Shown: positions 1-7,025 of the stretch, one piece after another
How the letters are laid out: every line of letters begins with the position of its first letter
How positions within the stretch are numbered: the first letter of the stretch is position 1
DNA from: an uncultured Oligoflexus sp.
GTDB taxonomy: Bacteria > Bdellovibrionota_B > Oligoflexia > Oligoflexales > Oligoflexaceae
Assembly: GCA_964236955.1 (NCBI GenBank)
Contig: CAXSGP010000069.1
Location: 5,028 to 25,049, forward strand
DNA length: 20,022 bases
Direction: 5' to 3'
Made by a program: the position numbers and the translations under genes
Notes under the pieces: generated by a model
The model's input: the letters and a program-made list of their open reading frames with translations, nothing else
Databases searched by the model: none
What the model was told of the DNA's origin: nothing

Positions 1-2
1 AA

Positions 3-350
3 AGCTGGGCTTCCCAATCGGTGTCTACGAATGCCGGAGATGCGGCGAAGCCAGGTACCAAAGTTGATGGATCTCCTGCATTTTGGTTCCGAGACTGGTT
101 TTTTCCACTCTATAATAAATATGGCGCTGACAAGGTACTAACCGGATTTTTCAGGCTCCTTTCCACCGAGTTTCCAAAGAATGGAATCCGCTACGCGAAG
201 GATCTCAATTGGGGTGAATACACTCATTTTATGAGTGGGGCGGTGGGCGAAAACGTAAAGGGAACCGTCACCTCGGCCTTTGGTTGGGATAATAAACGTG
301 AGGACGAGTTTCAAAAAGCGCGCAGTGACTTCCCTAATATTAAATATTAA
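3..350 (+). CDS. Hypothetical protein, C-terminal fragment (5' truncated by the window edge)
   Basis: The frame is open from position 3 to TAA at 348-350. The translation is protein-like (FWFRDWFFPLY...NWGEYTHFMSGAVG...AFGW...ARSDFPNIKY) and resembles, from recall, the C-terminus of a secreted bacterial hypothetical family. No function assigned. Confidence 0.75.
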   Translation, partial: SWASQSVSTNAGDAAKPGTKVDGSPAFWFRDWFFPLYNKYGADKVLTGFFRLLSTEFPKNGIRYAKDLNWGEYTHFMSGAVGENVKGTVTSAFGWDNKREDEFQKARSDFPNIKY

Positions 351-869
351 AATTTGATAGAACGGTTAGTGCTGCAGGAGGATTCAGGAGCAAAAGGCGA
401 ACCCAAGGAGGCGCATGGCAGAGCCGGAGAGATTGAATCCTGCTGCGATTGCTCATTCGATTTCATGGAGGCAGGAGCTAAAAAAGTGCTTCATTCCTCT
501 TTAAAGGCATCTTGGGACAGCCGGGTCGCCCTGATCTTGAGCCAACGCTCCCTGCCCACTAAAAAGCTTTGGATGACTCCCGGCTCCTATCGAAAATGGG
601 AGACCTCTATCAGGCTCGCCGCCCTCTTAAGCCTATTCACCGAGTCCTGAGGACAGGGCCCACTGGTAAAAATCCCTGGCTATCAGGGGATCCCTGCCTA
701 AGTCTGCCACCAAAAAAGCGTGATATTTAGCTTGAATGGTCTGCGAACGAGTTATCCCAAATGGCATATTTCCGTCTTAGTTCCTAGACTGATTAACCCG
801 CTAAAAATTCCATTAATCTCCTGGGCTAAAAATGTTTTTGAAGATAGTTAATGTGATATTTTTGCTCCC

Positions 870-878
870 TGGTATACT
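870..878 (+). promoter_or_regulatory. Putative extended -10 sigma70 promoter
   Basis: TGGTATACT (TGnTATACT) about 50 bp upstream of the ATG at 926. Confidence 0.4.
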
Positions 879-925
879 CGAAAAATGGTAACCGGAATTT
901 TCTCTTGCCGGTGAAGGGTAGGTCT

Positions 926-1750
926 ATGAATAAGATCCTGACCATGATCGGGCTTCCATTGTTCCTATGTTATTTCCTTTTGAAACAGCTCTACTCTGAA
1001 GGGCACGAGACATTTTTTTTAGTCTTTCGTGCGGTTTTTATCACCTTTACCCTTGTCAGCCTTTTTAGGATATTTAAGCATCGTGACAAAAGTCTTGGGG
1101 CTTTTAGTCTGTTTCATGAAATTTTTCGAAGGAAATTAGGGCAAAGCGTCGCCGATTATCTTATTTTCGAAGTTAAAATGCTGATTGGATCTTTGAAATT
1201 TTTCAGGACCCCCTTAAAATCCTTTGGTGCCATCAGTCATTCCTATTTTGCCGGTCCTATTCTACAGGGATTAGTGATTGGGTTGCTGCTCATGCTCGCC
1301 ATAGAGCCGTTGCTTATCCACATTCTTATATCCGCAAAATTCACTGGACCTTTAGCAATGGTTTTGCATTCCGGCCTCGTTGTTTCCGAGATCTATATAC
1401 TCCAGATCCTGTTTGGAAATCTCTATTACCTGCAATTTTCAGAAGCTCTCGTTACCGAGAGACGATTAAAAATAAGAATGGGATATTTTTGGAATTTAGA
1501 TATCGACCTTGATAATATAAAATTAATTGAACGAGGCAACGTGAGAATCATCGGCGATAAGACAGCCAAAATCGGCTTGATGATGGACCCTACTGTTCGG
1601 CTGCACTTTCAATCGCTACAGCCTGCTCAGAAACTTTTTAAAAAGAAAGCTTACCAAACTATGGATGTTTTCCTGAAAACAACGGAGGTCCAAGGGCTGA
1701 TCGAGAACGTTGAAAGACTAAGACGCGAAATCTCGTTGGTTCATCAATAA
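926..1750 (+). CDS. Integral membrane hypothetical protein
   Basis: The ORF track gives 905..1750; the ATG at 926 is preceded by GAAGGGTAGG. About four hydrophobic segments are followed by a soluble beta-rich C-terminal region. Confidence 0.75.
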   Translation: MNKILTMIGLPLFLCYFLLKQLYSEGHETFFLVFRAVFITFTLVSLFRIFKHRDKSLGAFSLFHEIFRRKLGQSVADYLIFEVKMLIGSLKFFRTPLKSFGAISHSYFAGPILQGLVIGLLLMLAIEPLLIHILISAKFTGPLAMVLHSGLVVSEIYILQILFGNLYYLQFSEALVTERRLKIRMGYFWNLDIDLDNIKLIERGNVRIIGDKTAKIGLMMDPTVRLHFQSLQPAQKLFKKKAYQTMDVFLKTTEVQGLIENVERLRREISLVHQ

Positions 1751-1895
1751 ATCGATCTTTACCGATTGAGCGGCTTTGCCATCCCAATGCGCTGCCCTCA
1801 GAGGGCGACAGTGAAAAGAGGGCAAGGTTTGATCTTTTGACACTTCCCTCTTAAGTTTGCTGTGTGTCAGCCTGTGATGAGGTCGATCCGGTAGC

Positions 1896-1910
1896 GTTAA
1901 AGGATTGAGC
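1896..1910. promoter_or_regulatory. Putative upstream activator sequence (enhancer-binding protein site), unit 1
   Basis: GTTAAA-GGA-TTGAGC, an imperfect palindrome starting 141 bp upstream of the -24 GG at 2037. Conserved in all three units. Confidence 0.65.
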
Positions 1911-2034
1911 AGTGAACGGCTTAAAACAACCCAATTTTTGAATACTGCTTGGTGTCCTTGGCTCGACTATCAGAATGAACTCTATAAGCGCTTGAAAAGA
2001 TAAGAAAAAATAGGCGGTCGAAATCCCCTGCCTT

Positions 2035-2051
2035 TTGGCACGTTCCCTGCT
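2035..2051 (+). promoter_or_regulatory. sigma54 (RpoN) -24/-12 promoter, unit 1
   Basis: TTGGCACGTTCCCTGCT: GG(2037-38)-N10-GC(2049-50), matching TGGCAC-N5-(T/C)TGC. Confidence 0.85.
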
Positions 2052-2061
2052 TCTCTATTAA

Positions 2062-2200
2062 ACATGAAGCAGCAAGGTTTAGAGGAATCTATATGAGTCG
2101 CTTCATTTGAAACTCTGTTTTGTTCGTTCTTTTTTTCTCAAATGACTTTAATCGAATCCCCTATTTTGAAGCCCCTTGCCATGCAAGGGGTTTCGCTTTT
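2062..2200 (+). ncRNA. Putative sigma54-dependent small RNA, paralogue 1 (~139 nt)
   Basis: +1 predicted from the -12 element. 5' stem ATGAAGC(2064-70)/GCTTCAT(2100-06) encloses TAGA-GGAA-TCTA. Invariant TGACTTTAATCGAATCCCCT at 2143-2162, then a terminator. No ORF is conserved across copies. Confidence 0.75.
2168..2200 (+). terminator. Intrinsic terminator, unit 1
   Basis: GAAGCCCCTTGC-CAT-GCAAGGGGTTTC followed by GCTTTT. Confidence 0.8.
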
Positions 2201-2303
2201 GTGCCTCATTCCATTTCCTGCCGAGAAAATTCGCAATACTGGCAGGAAATGAACGGTGATCCTGAGCGAGATCCAAAGGTAAAAGATGAGAACCTGGGCA
2301 GGC

Positions 2304-2318
2304 GTTTAAGGATTGAAC
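2304..2318. promoter_or_regulatory. Putative upstream activator sequence, unit 2
   Basis: GTTTAA-GGA-TTGAAC, 142 bp upstream of the -24 GG at 2446. Confidence 0.65.
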
Positions 2319-2443
2319 AGTGACAGTATCAAAACCCAGCAAGGTGTTGTCGACAACGGTGATAGAGGGACTCAATCATGTTATATGTTCCAATAAGTCC
2401 TTGATAGGATAGACCATCCTGATCCCATTCAGGCCCGAAAGAT

Positions 2444-2460
2444 TTGGCACGATCCCTGCT
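2444..2460 (+). promoter_or_regulatory. sigma54 -24/-12 promoter, unit 2
   Basis: TTGGCACGATCCCTGCT: GG(2446-47)-N10-GC(2458-59). Confidence 0.85.
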
Positions 2461-2470
2461 TTAGCTTAAG

Positions 2471-2617
2471 TACGAAGCGACCCATTTTTAGATGAATCTA
2501 GAAGAGTGGCTTCAGAAGAATAGAATCGCAGCTGCGAGATACTCACTTTCTCAAATGACTTTAATCGAATCCCCTTTTTATGAAGCCTCTTGCATTGCAA
2601 GGGGCTTCGTTTTTTTT
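2471..2617 (+). ncRNA. Putative sigma54-dependent small RNA, paralogue 2 (~147 nt)
   Basis: 5' stem GAAGC(2474-78)/GCTTC(2509-13) encloses TAGA-TGAA-TCTA. Palindrome TCGCAGCTGCGA at 2526-37. Invariant 20-mer at 2556-2575, then a terminator. Confidence 0.75.
2582..2617 (+). terminator. Intrinsic terminator, unit 2
   Basis: GAAGCCTCTTGC-ATT-GCAAGGGGCTTC followed by G and a run of 8 T. Confidence 0.85.
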
Positions 2618-2722
2618 GAGTTAAAGCATTTTGTAACCTAGCCTGTTCTCGCTTGCCCCAGTACCTTTATTCCATATCGACCTTTGATTCGAAGGAAAAC
2701 AAGGCGCTTTGAGAGGGCAGCC

Positions 2723-2737
2723 GTTTAGAGATTAAAC
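2723..2737. promoter_or_regulatory. Putative upstream activator sequence, unit 3
   Basis: GTTTAG-AGA-TTAAAC, 142 bp upstream of the -24 GG at 2865. Confidence 0.65.
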
Positions 2738-2862
2738 ACTGTCAGTCATCTCAATCGACAGTTTTGCATAAGAATCGATATCAAGTCGCTCCGGGCTGTT
2801 ATTTCTCTGAGCTAAACCACGAAAATGACGAAGAACAAATTCCCCGGCAAAGAACCTATCGA

Positions 2863-2879
2863 TTGGCATAGTCCCTGCT
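2863..2879 (+). promoter_or_regulatory. sigma54 -24/-12 promoter, unit 3
   Basis: TTGGCATAGTCCCTGCT: GG(2865-66)-N10-GC(2877-78). Confidence 0.8.
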
Positions 2880-2889
2880 TTATAGTAAC

Positions 2890-3035
2890 TGTGAAGAATG
2901 AGTATCGAAATAAGATTTTAGAGAATCTAACTTCACAAATCATATCGCTAGCGATTGATAGAATTGACCTCATCTCGTTTGACTTTAATCGAATCCCCTT
3001 TTTTGAAGCCCTTTGCCATGCAAGGGGCTTTTTTT
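2890..3035 (+). ncRNA. Putative sigma54-dependent small RNA, paralogue 3 (~146 nt)
   Basis: 5' stem TGTGAAG(2890-96)/CTTCACA(2931-37) encloses TAGA-GAA-TCTA. Palindrome ATCGCTAGCGAT at 2944-55. Invariant 20-mer at 2980-2999, then a terminator. Confidence 0.75.
3006..3035 (+). terminator. Intrinsic terminator, unit 3
   Basis: AAGCCCTTTGC-CAT-GCAAGGGGCTT followed by a T run. Confidence 0.85.
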
Positions 3036-3040
3036 CTCGA

Positions 3041-4243
3041 TCAGTTATCGACACGCCAGCTCGAAGTTTTATCATTTACAAAGTCGGGGAGTGATCCTGA
3101 TGTTTCGACGATATCAACAAGAAACCCGCCTTCTTCGCGATCGTCAAACAAAGCGACCCGGGATCCCCTGAAGAAGATTTCAATCGAACTGAGGGAATTG
3201 TCCTCGAGTTTGCCGGCACCCCCTTCGATGTTGGCCCAACCCGGTTGCATCAATTGGGTCTGGCCGAGCCAGTTTCCCTGTTGAAAGGCTATACCAATTG
3301 AGCGATTCAATGCATCCACAGTCTCACGTCCCGTGCCTTTGTTGACAAAGTCGAGGGCAATGTAGTTGGGTACTCGTCGGGCCGCATTGAGGCATTCATT
3401 TTCAACCCGACCAAAAAGAGAGCCTTTGTTATTATCTAGCGCTCCGTTTTTAAGGGTTGGGATATCACGGAAGTGATTCATGACAAAGAGCCTTCGAAAC
3501 TTATGGTTCTGGGAGTTATCGGCATCAAGAGGAATATTGTCCCATCGTGAGCGACAGCTCCGGTCTTTCGCTGCATTGCCCATACTCCAATAATTCTCAA
3601 CTGTAAATTCTTTGTCAAAGGCAATACCCAGGTGGCGAGTGGCATCGGTTTGTGACAGTATGAGCAGCCGCTTATTCTGAGCGATCATTTCCGTGATTCG
3701 AGGCCATCCCTTCGATTTCACGTCAGCTTTGTAGGGGTCAAAAATCATGTCCTTCAAGTCGGGGAACTTATTGAGCGCCGTTTCGAATTCATTGACTCGT
3801 GCGCTGGGGGTCCATTCGAGATGAAGAGTAATGATCGCTTCCGGGTTCTTCTTCATAAAATCTTCGAAGCGTTTAAATTCATCGACCAGGGAAATCCAGG
3901 GAAAGGTACCGGCAAATCCACAAGTACTATGGCAAAGCACCGCTTCACCCTTCGTGCTCCAAATATCAAGCATAAAGCCGCGAACGCCCATTTCAAGTTG
4001 CTTGGTGATGCCCCACTCTTGATTGGGTACCAAAAATCTAGCATCGTCTCCATTATTGGCAAAGGCGTTATGAGCGCTTAGAAAACTAACCCGATCCAGG
4101 GTTCTCTCATTGAAGGAGGGTGGGGGAGTGTTATCAATTTTTAGGAAGGTGCCAGACTCGGGTCTGATGGCATGCCTTTGAGTATCCGGCCCACATCCAC
4201 TTACTGCGAGTATCAGCAATAATGACGCAAATTTTGCTCCCAT
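3041..4243 (-). CDS. PI-PLC X-domain (PLC-like phosphodiesterase) lipoprotein with C-terminal beta/gamma-crystallin-like domain
   Basis: Lipobox LAVSGC. Motifs AHNAF, NQ..IT.QL..GVRGFMLD, LCH, IITLHLE, MNHF and PNYIALDFV are typical of PI-PLCXD proteins. The C-terminus has two crystallin-type motifs, DNSLSS and NDKTSS. Confidence 0.85.
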   Translation of the reverse strand: MGAKFASLLLILAVSGCGPDTQRHAIRPESGTFLKIDNTPPPSFNERTLDRVSFLSAHNAFANNGDDARFLVPNQEWGITKQLEMGVRGFMLDIWSTKGEAVLCHSTCGFAGTFPWISLVDEFKRFEDFMKKNPEAIITLHLEWTPSARVNEFETALNKFPDLKDMIFDPYKADVKSKGWPRITEMIAQNKRLLILSQTDATRHLGIAFDKEFTVENYWSMGNAAKDRSCRSRWDNIPLDADNSQNHKFRRLFVMNHFRDIPTLKNGALDNNKGSLFGRVENECLNAARRVPNYIALDFVNKGTGRETVDALNRSIGIAFQQGNWLGQTQLMQPGWANIEGGAGKLEDNSLSSIEIFFRGSRVALFDDREEGGFLVDIVETSGSLPDFVNDKTSSWRVDN

Positions 4244-4574
4244 ATCTTCGCCTTTTCAAATGGTCATTTTATCGCCGCTCGAACGCAAGCCTAGCGAGCC
4301 TTGGCAAGTAGCCAGACGCTGGGATTCGAAAGGGTAGCGATAAGTTATTAGGATCTCTAAGCAGATAGCCCTTGGCATGTAAAAAGTACATTGAGCATTT
4401 TTATGGGAGTAACAGTAGGCATTTAATAAAATTGTTTAGCTCTACTGGCTTTTGGTTTCGCCGCCGCGACCTTCTGCCTTGAATACGCAGGAATACGAAA
4501 TACCTGTCCCCTTCGTACAGAAATCGGCTGCCAACACCGAAAAGGAGCTAGGTGTTGTATAAAGGACCAAAAAA

Positions 4575-5774
4575 ATGCTAAATTATCTCAATCATGCTCA
4601 TGTCTTAGCCTTTTTTCTCGGCGCTGCTGCCTGTAATTCCCCTGCCGATCAAAAGGCTGATGCAAAAAATACTTCGGGTTCTTATCCCAGCCCTGTATCC
4701 GCCGCCGATGGCATTGGTGTTGATTCCGAAGAAAGCTCGTCGGATGTCTCTGCGCCCTCAGGAGCGCCCTCCGCTGAGGGAGCTGCTTCGAGCGGAGCCG
4801 GCGATTCCATCGGCGCGTCATCCCCCAGTTCCGAAGCACCGACAGCACCTGCAAGCCGTAGCACTGAAATACAATCCGGAACGCTCACGGCCGCTGCCTT
4901 TAGTGATGCGTTGAATCTGACAACATTTATGAACTACCTTCAAAGCCATGCGAATATCAGAATAAAATTGCCCGAAGCCTCGCCTTTTACCTATGACATG
5001 GATCAGGAAAAACTGAAGGTGCTCGTGCCGGCAAAGGAAGCGACGGCCTCGACGAAACTCGACCTTGGCCTGATGATCGATATAACAGGCAGCATGGGTG
5101 ATGAACTGCTCTACCTGCAAAAAGAATGGACCACACTCACCAATGACTTACAGATAGTGTTTCCAAATCTCGCGGTACGGATGAGCCTTGTCGTTTACCG
5201 CGATACAAGCGATTCGTTCGTCACGGCAGGCATCCCCTTCACCGATAAGCGGGAAGCCTACCAGGCCGAGCTTTCCAAATATAAAGCTGAAGGCGGCGGT
5301 GACCATCCCGAAGCAGTTGATGCAGCGCTTGGGGCCAGCAACAAGCTGGAATGGGATGCATCAAGCCGCAAGGTTTTATTCTGGGTTGCTGATGCCTCTC
5401 CCCATGAAGACAAGGAAGCTGCATCGGTCACGGAAATACTCAAGCTTCGCGATAAAGGAGTCCACATTTATCCATTGGCCGCCAGCGGCGTAGACGATCG
5501 CGCTGAGTTGATCATGAGAATCGGGGCACTTCTTACGGGCGGGCAGTATCTCTTCCTGACCAATGATTCCGGGATTGGCAATTCTCATGCTGAGCCCCAC
5601 ATCCCCTGCTATAACGTGGAGAGACTGAACCAGCTTATGCTTCGTATCCTGACCGAAGAGGTTTCAGGGCTTAGCGTGAATGCCAAGCCTGAGAATATCC
5701 TTCGGTCGGTGGGCAAATCCACCAATGGCGTCTGTCAGGTCTCGCCCGCCCCCGATCCTCAAATCGTCGAATGA
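4575..5774 (+). CDS. von Willebrand factor type A (vWA) domain lipoprotein
   Basis: Lipobox-like LGAAAC, a Ser/Ala/Pro-rich linker, MIDAS-type DITGSMGDE, YRD, GGGDHPEA and VADA motifs. Preceded by AAAGGA. Confidence 0.85.
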   Translation: MLNYLNHAHVLAFFLGAAACNSPADQKADAKNTSGSYPSPVSAADGIGVDSEESSSDVSAPSGAPSAEGAASSGAGDSIGASSPSSEAPTAPASRSTEIQSGTLTAAAFSDALNLTTFMNYLQSHANIRIKLPEASPFTYDMDQEKLKVLVPAKEATASTKLDLGLMIDITGSMGDELLYLQKEWTTLTNDLQIVFPNLAVRMSLVVYRDTSDSFVTAGIPFTDKREAYQAELSKYKAEGGGDHPEAVDAALGASNKLEWDASSRKVLFWVADASPHEDKEAASVTEILKLRDKGVHIYPLAASGVDDRAELIMRIGALLTGGQYLFLTNDSGIGNSHAEPHIPCYNVERLNQLMLRILTEEVSGLSVNAKPENILRSVGKSTNGVCQVSPAPDPQIVE

Positions 5775-5803
5775 ACCGCCCGGCTGCAAATGAGCTGTCA
5801 ATT

Positions 5804-5827
5804 AAAGAGGGCTGAAAAGCCCTTTTT
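5804..5827 (+). terminator. Intrinsic terminator after the vWA gene
   Basis: AAAGAGGGCT-GAAA-AGCCCTTTTT. Confidence 0.75.
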
Positions 5828-6225
5828 GCTTGTCATGGAGAAAAATCCTCTAATATCAAAAGCTTGCCAATCATAAACAGGGAAATGACCTGAGATGTCA
5901 TGATGGGATAGAACGCCATTGCCGACACATTGTCTCCTATGCCCCGGACCGCAATCAATTTTAGATAACGTAAATGATGGCTTGGCATGCGGCAAAGTTA
6001 TGATATTTGGGTCTTTTAGACGTATTTTGCGAGGTTTTCCAAGAAAAGACTCATTTTTTAGAGAAATACCTAAGAGATTGGCTCCAAATATAGTATATTA
6101 GGCTCCCCGAGTACTCTTTTTATTGGAGTCGAGGTCCCCTTTTAGAATTCCATCGCATGGCTGTAAACGGTTCTCTAACCTTTAGCCTGTTATATTAGGA
6201 TGGGGAGCTTAAGTTTCTTATAATA

Positions 6226-6404
6226 TTGCCGATTAAGGAAAGTGAACGCAAACCACATCCGCTTTGGAGTCGGCCCCAGCTTAGACTCCTCGGGGCCATG
6301 TTCTCCCGGGGATTTCGCGATTCAGTGACCCATGCGGAGGCGTAGAACCCGCCTTGCTGGGGTGGGGTCTTCACAATGATCACGGTTTACTTAGGGTTTG
6401 GCAG
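6226..6404 (+). ncRNA. Candidate structured RNA or leader (~180 nt), family unassigned
   Basis: Nested pairings TTGCCGA/TTGGCAG, TTAAG/CTTAG, GTGA/TCAC, TCCGC/GCGGA, TCCTCGGG/CCCGGGGA and AGGCG/CGCCT. GC-rich island in AT-rich intergenic DNA, with TATAAT at 6219-6224. Confidence 0.35.
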
Positions 6405-6445
6405 TTTCAGCTTTCAGAATGCTAAAGATCAAGGAGTACCAGTTA

Positions 6446-6769
6446 ATGGCGACCAAGACGAAGAATGCTGGTGATTCAAAGGAACAAAAGACATTGGACG
6501 AAGCGGACGGAGCAGGAATTTCCTCGGAAGATGCAGCAAAAAAAGTAAGTGACGCATATCAGGAAAATTCCAAACGGGATCTCGATCGTAGAGAAAAAGA
6601 AGGCCTATCCAAATATCCCGCCGTGCGTGTGCTCTCCGGAGCTGAGCTGGAGGCTTACAAAAATCAAAAGGTTGACGGTGAAAAGGCCGAGCGCTTCTTA
6701 GCCCAAAAGGATAAAGAAGAGTATTGGCGCAATAAAAAAGAACAAAAGCGTAAGAAAACGGAAACATGA
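6446..6769 (+). CDS. Small highly charged hypothetical protein
   Basis: The ORF track gives 6398..6769; the ATG at 6446 has SD AAGGAG at 6431-36. Lys/Glu-rich and followed by a terminator. Confidence 0.75.
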   Translation: MATKTKNAGDSKEQKTLDEADGAGISSEDAAKKVSDAYQENSKRDLDRREKEGLSKYPAVRVLSGAELEAYKNQKVDGEKAERFLAQKDKEEYWRNKKEQKRKKTET

Positions 6770-6790
6770 TTTCCTAAATCAGTAATAGTG

Positions 6791-6821
6791 AAAGCCCTGG
6801 GGATCCCAACCGGGGTTTTTT
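6791..6821 (+). terminator. Intrinsic terminator
   Basis: AAAGCCCTGG-loop-CCGGGGTTTTTT. Confidence 0.7.
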
Positions 6822-7025
6822 CCTTTTTGAGCTAAGTTTTGGTCGTTTGAAGGCCCCTTCGTTGCTTCCCCGCTTAAAGATCAAGCTTAAGGCTCGGCTC
6901 CCTTAAAACGATATTTTCCTTGAAAATTCGGCCCCATCTTCTTTAAACTTTGCTTTAATTGAAATCATTTCTTAACCTTAAAGCTAGCAGTCACGTCTTA
7001 GCGCACCCTATGGCCAGGAGATTCC

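Noticed and set aside
354..650. 98 aa ORF
   Set aside because: TTG start without an SD, no recognisable motifs, and atypical composition.
2080..2091. GGA in a hairpin loop suggesting the array RNAs are CsrA/RsmA sponges
   Set aside because: The loop is GGAA only in copy 1 (TGAA and GAA in the others), and the RNAs lack repeated GGA motifs.
2064..2252. Small peptides encoded by the repeat units (MKQQGLEESI; MTLIESP...) or type I toxins
   Set aside because: Start codons and frames are not conserved across copies (an indel in the T tract shifts the frame), and the ORFs run through the terminator.
2035..3035. Repeats interpreted as a CRISPR array
   Set aside because: The period is ~410-420 bp, there are only three units, each has its own promoter and terminator, and no cas genes are present in the window.
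2120..3284. ORF-track ORFs at 2120, 2148, 2812, 2825 and 2955
   Set aside because: They cross promoters and terminators or overlap the PLC gene antisense. The apparent similarity between two of them (DFNRIP.FEA.CHARGF) simply reflects the conserved RNA motif.
4372..4390. Other TGGCA sites (for example near 762, 4373, 5983 and 19885) as sigma54 promoters
   Set aside because: They lack GC at the required N10 spacing.
6228..6262. c-di-GMP-I or cobalamin riboswitch resemblance (GGAAAGTGAACGCAAACCAC)
   Set aside because: Only a few words match; the required paired elements and downstream consensus are missing.
5798..6383. Short ORFs at 5798, 5919 and 6195
   Set aside because: No RBS or protein-like features; they lie in AT-rich intergenic or structured regions.
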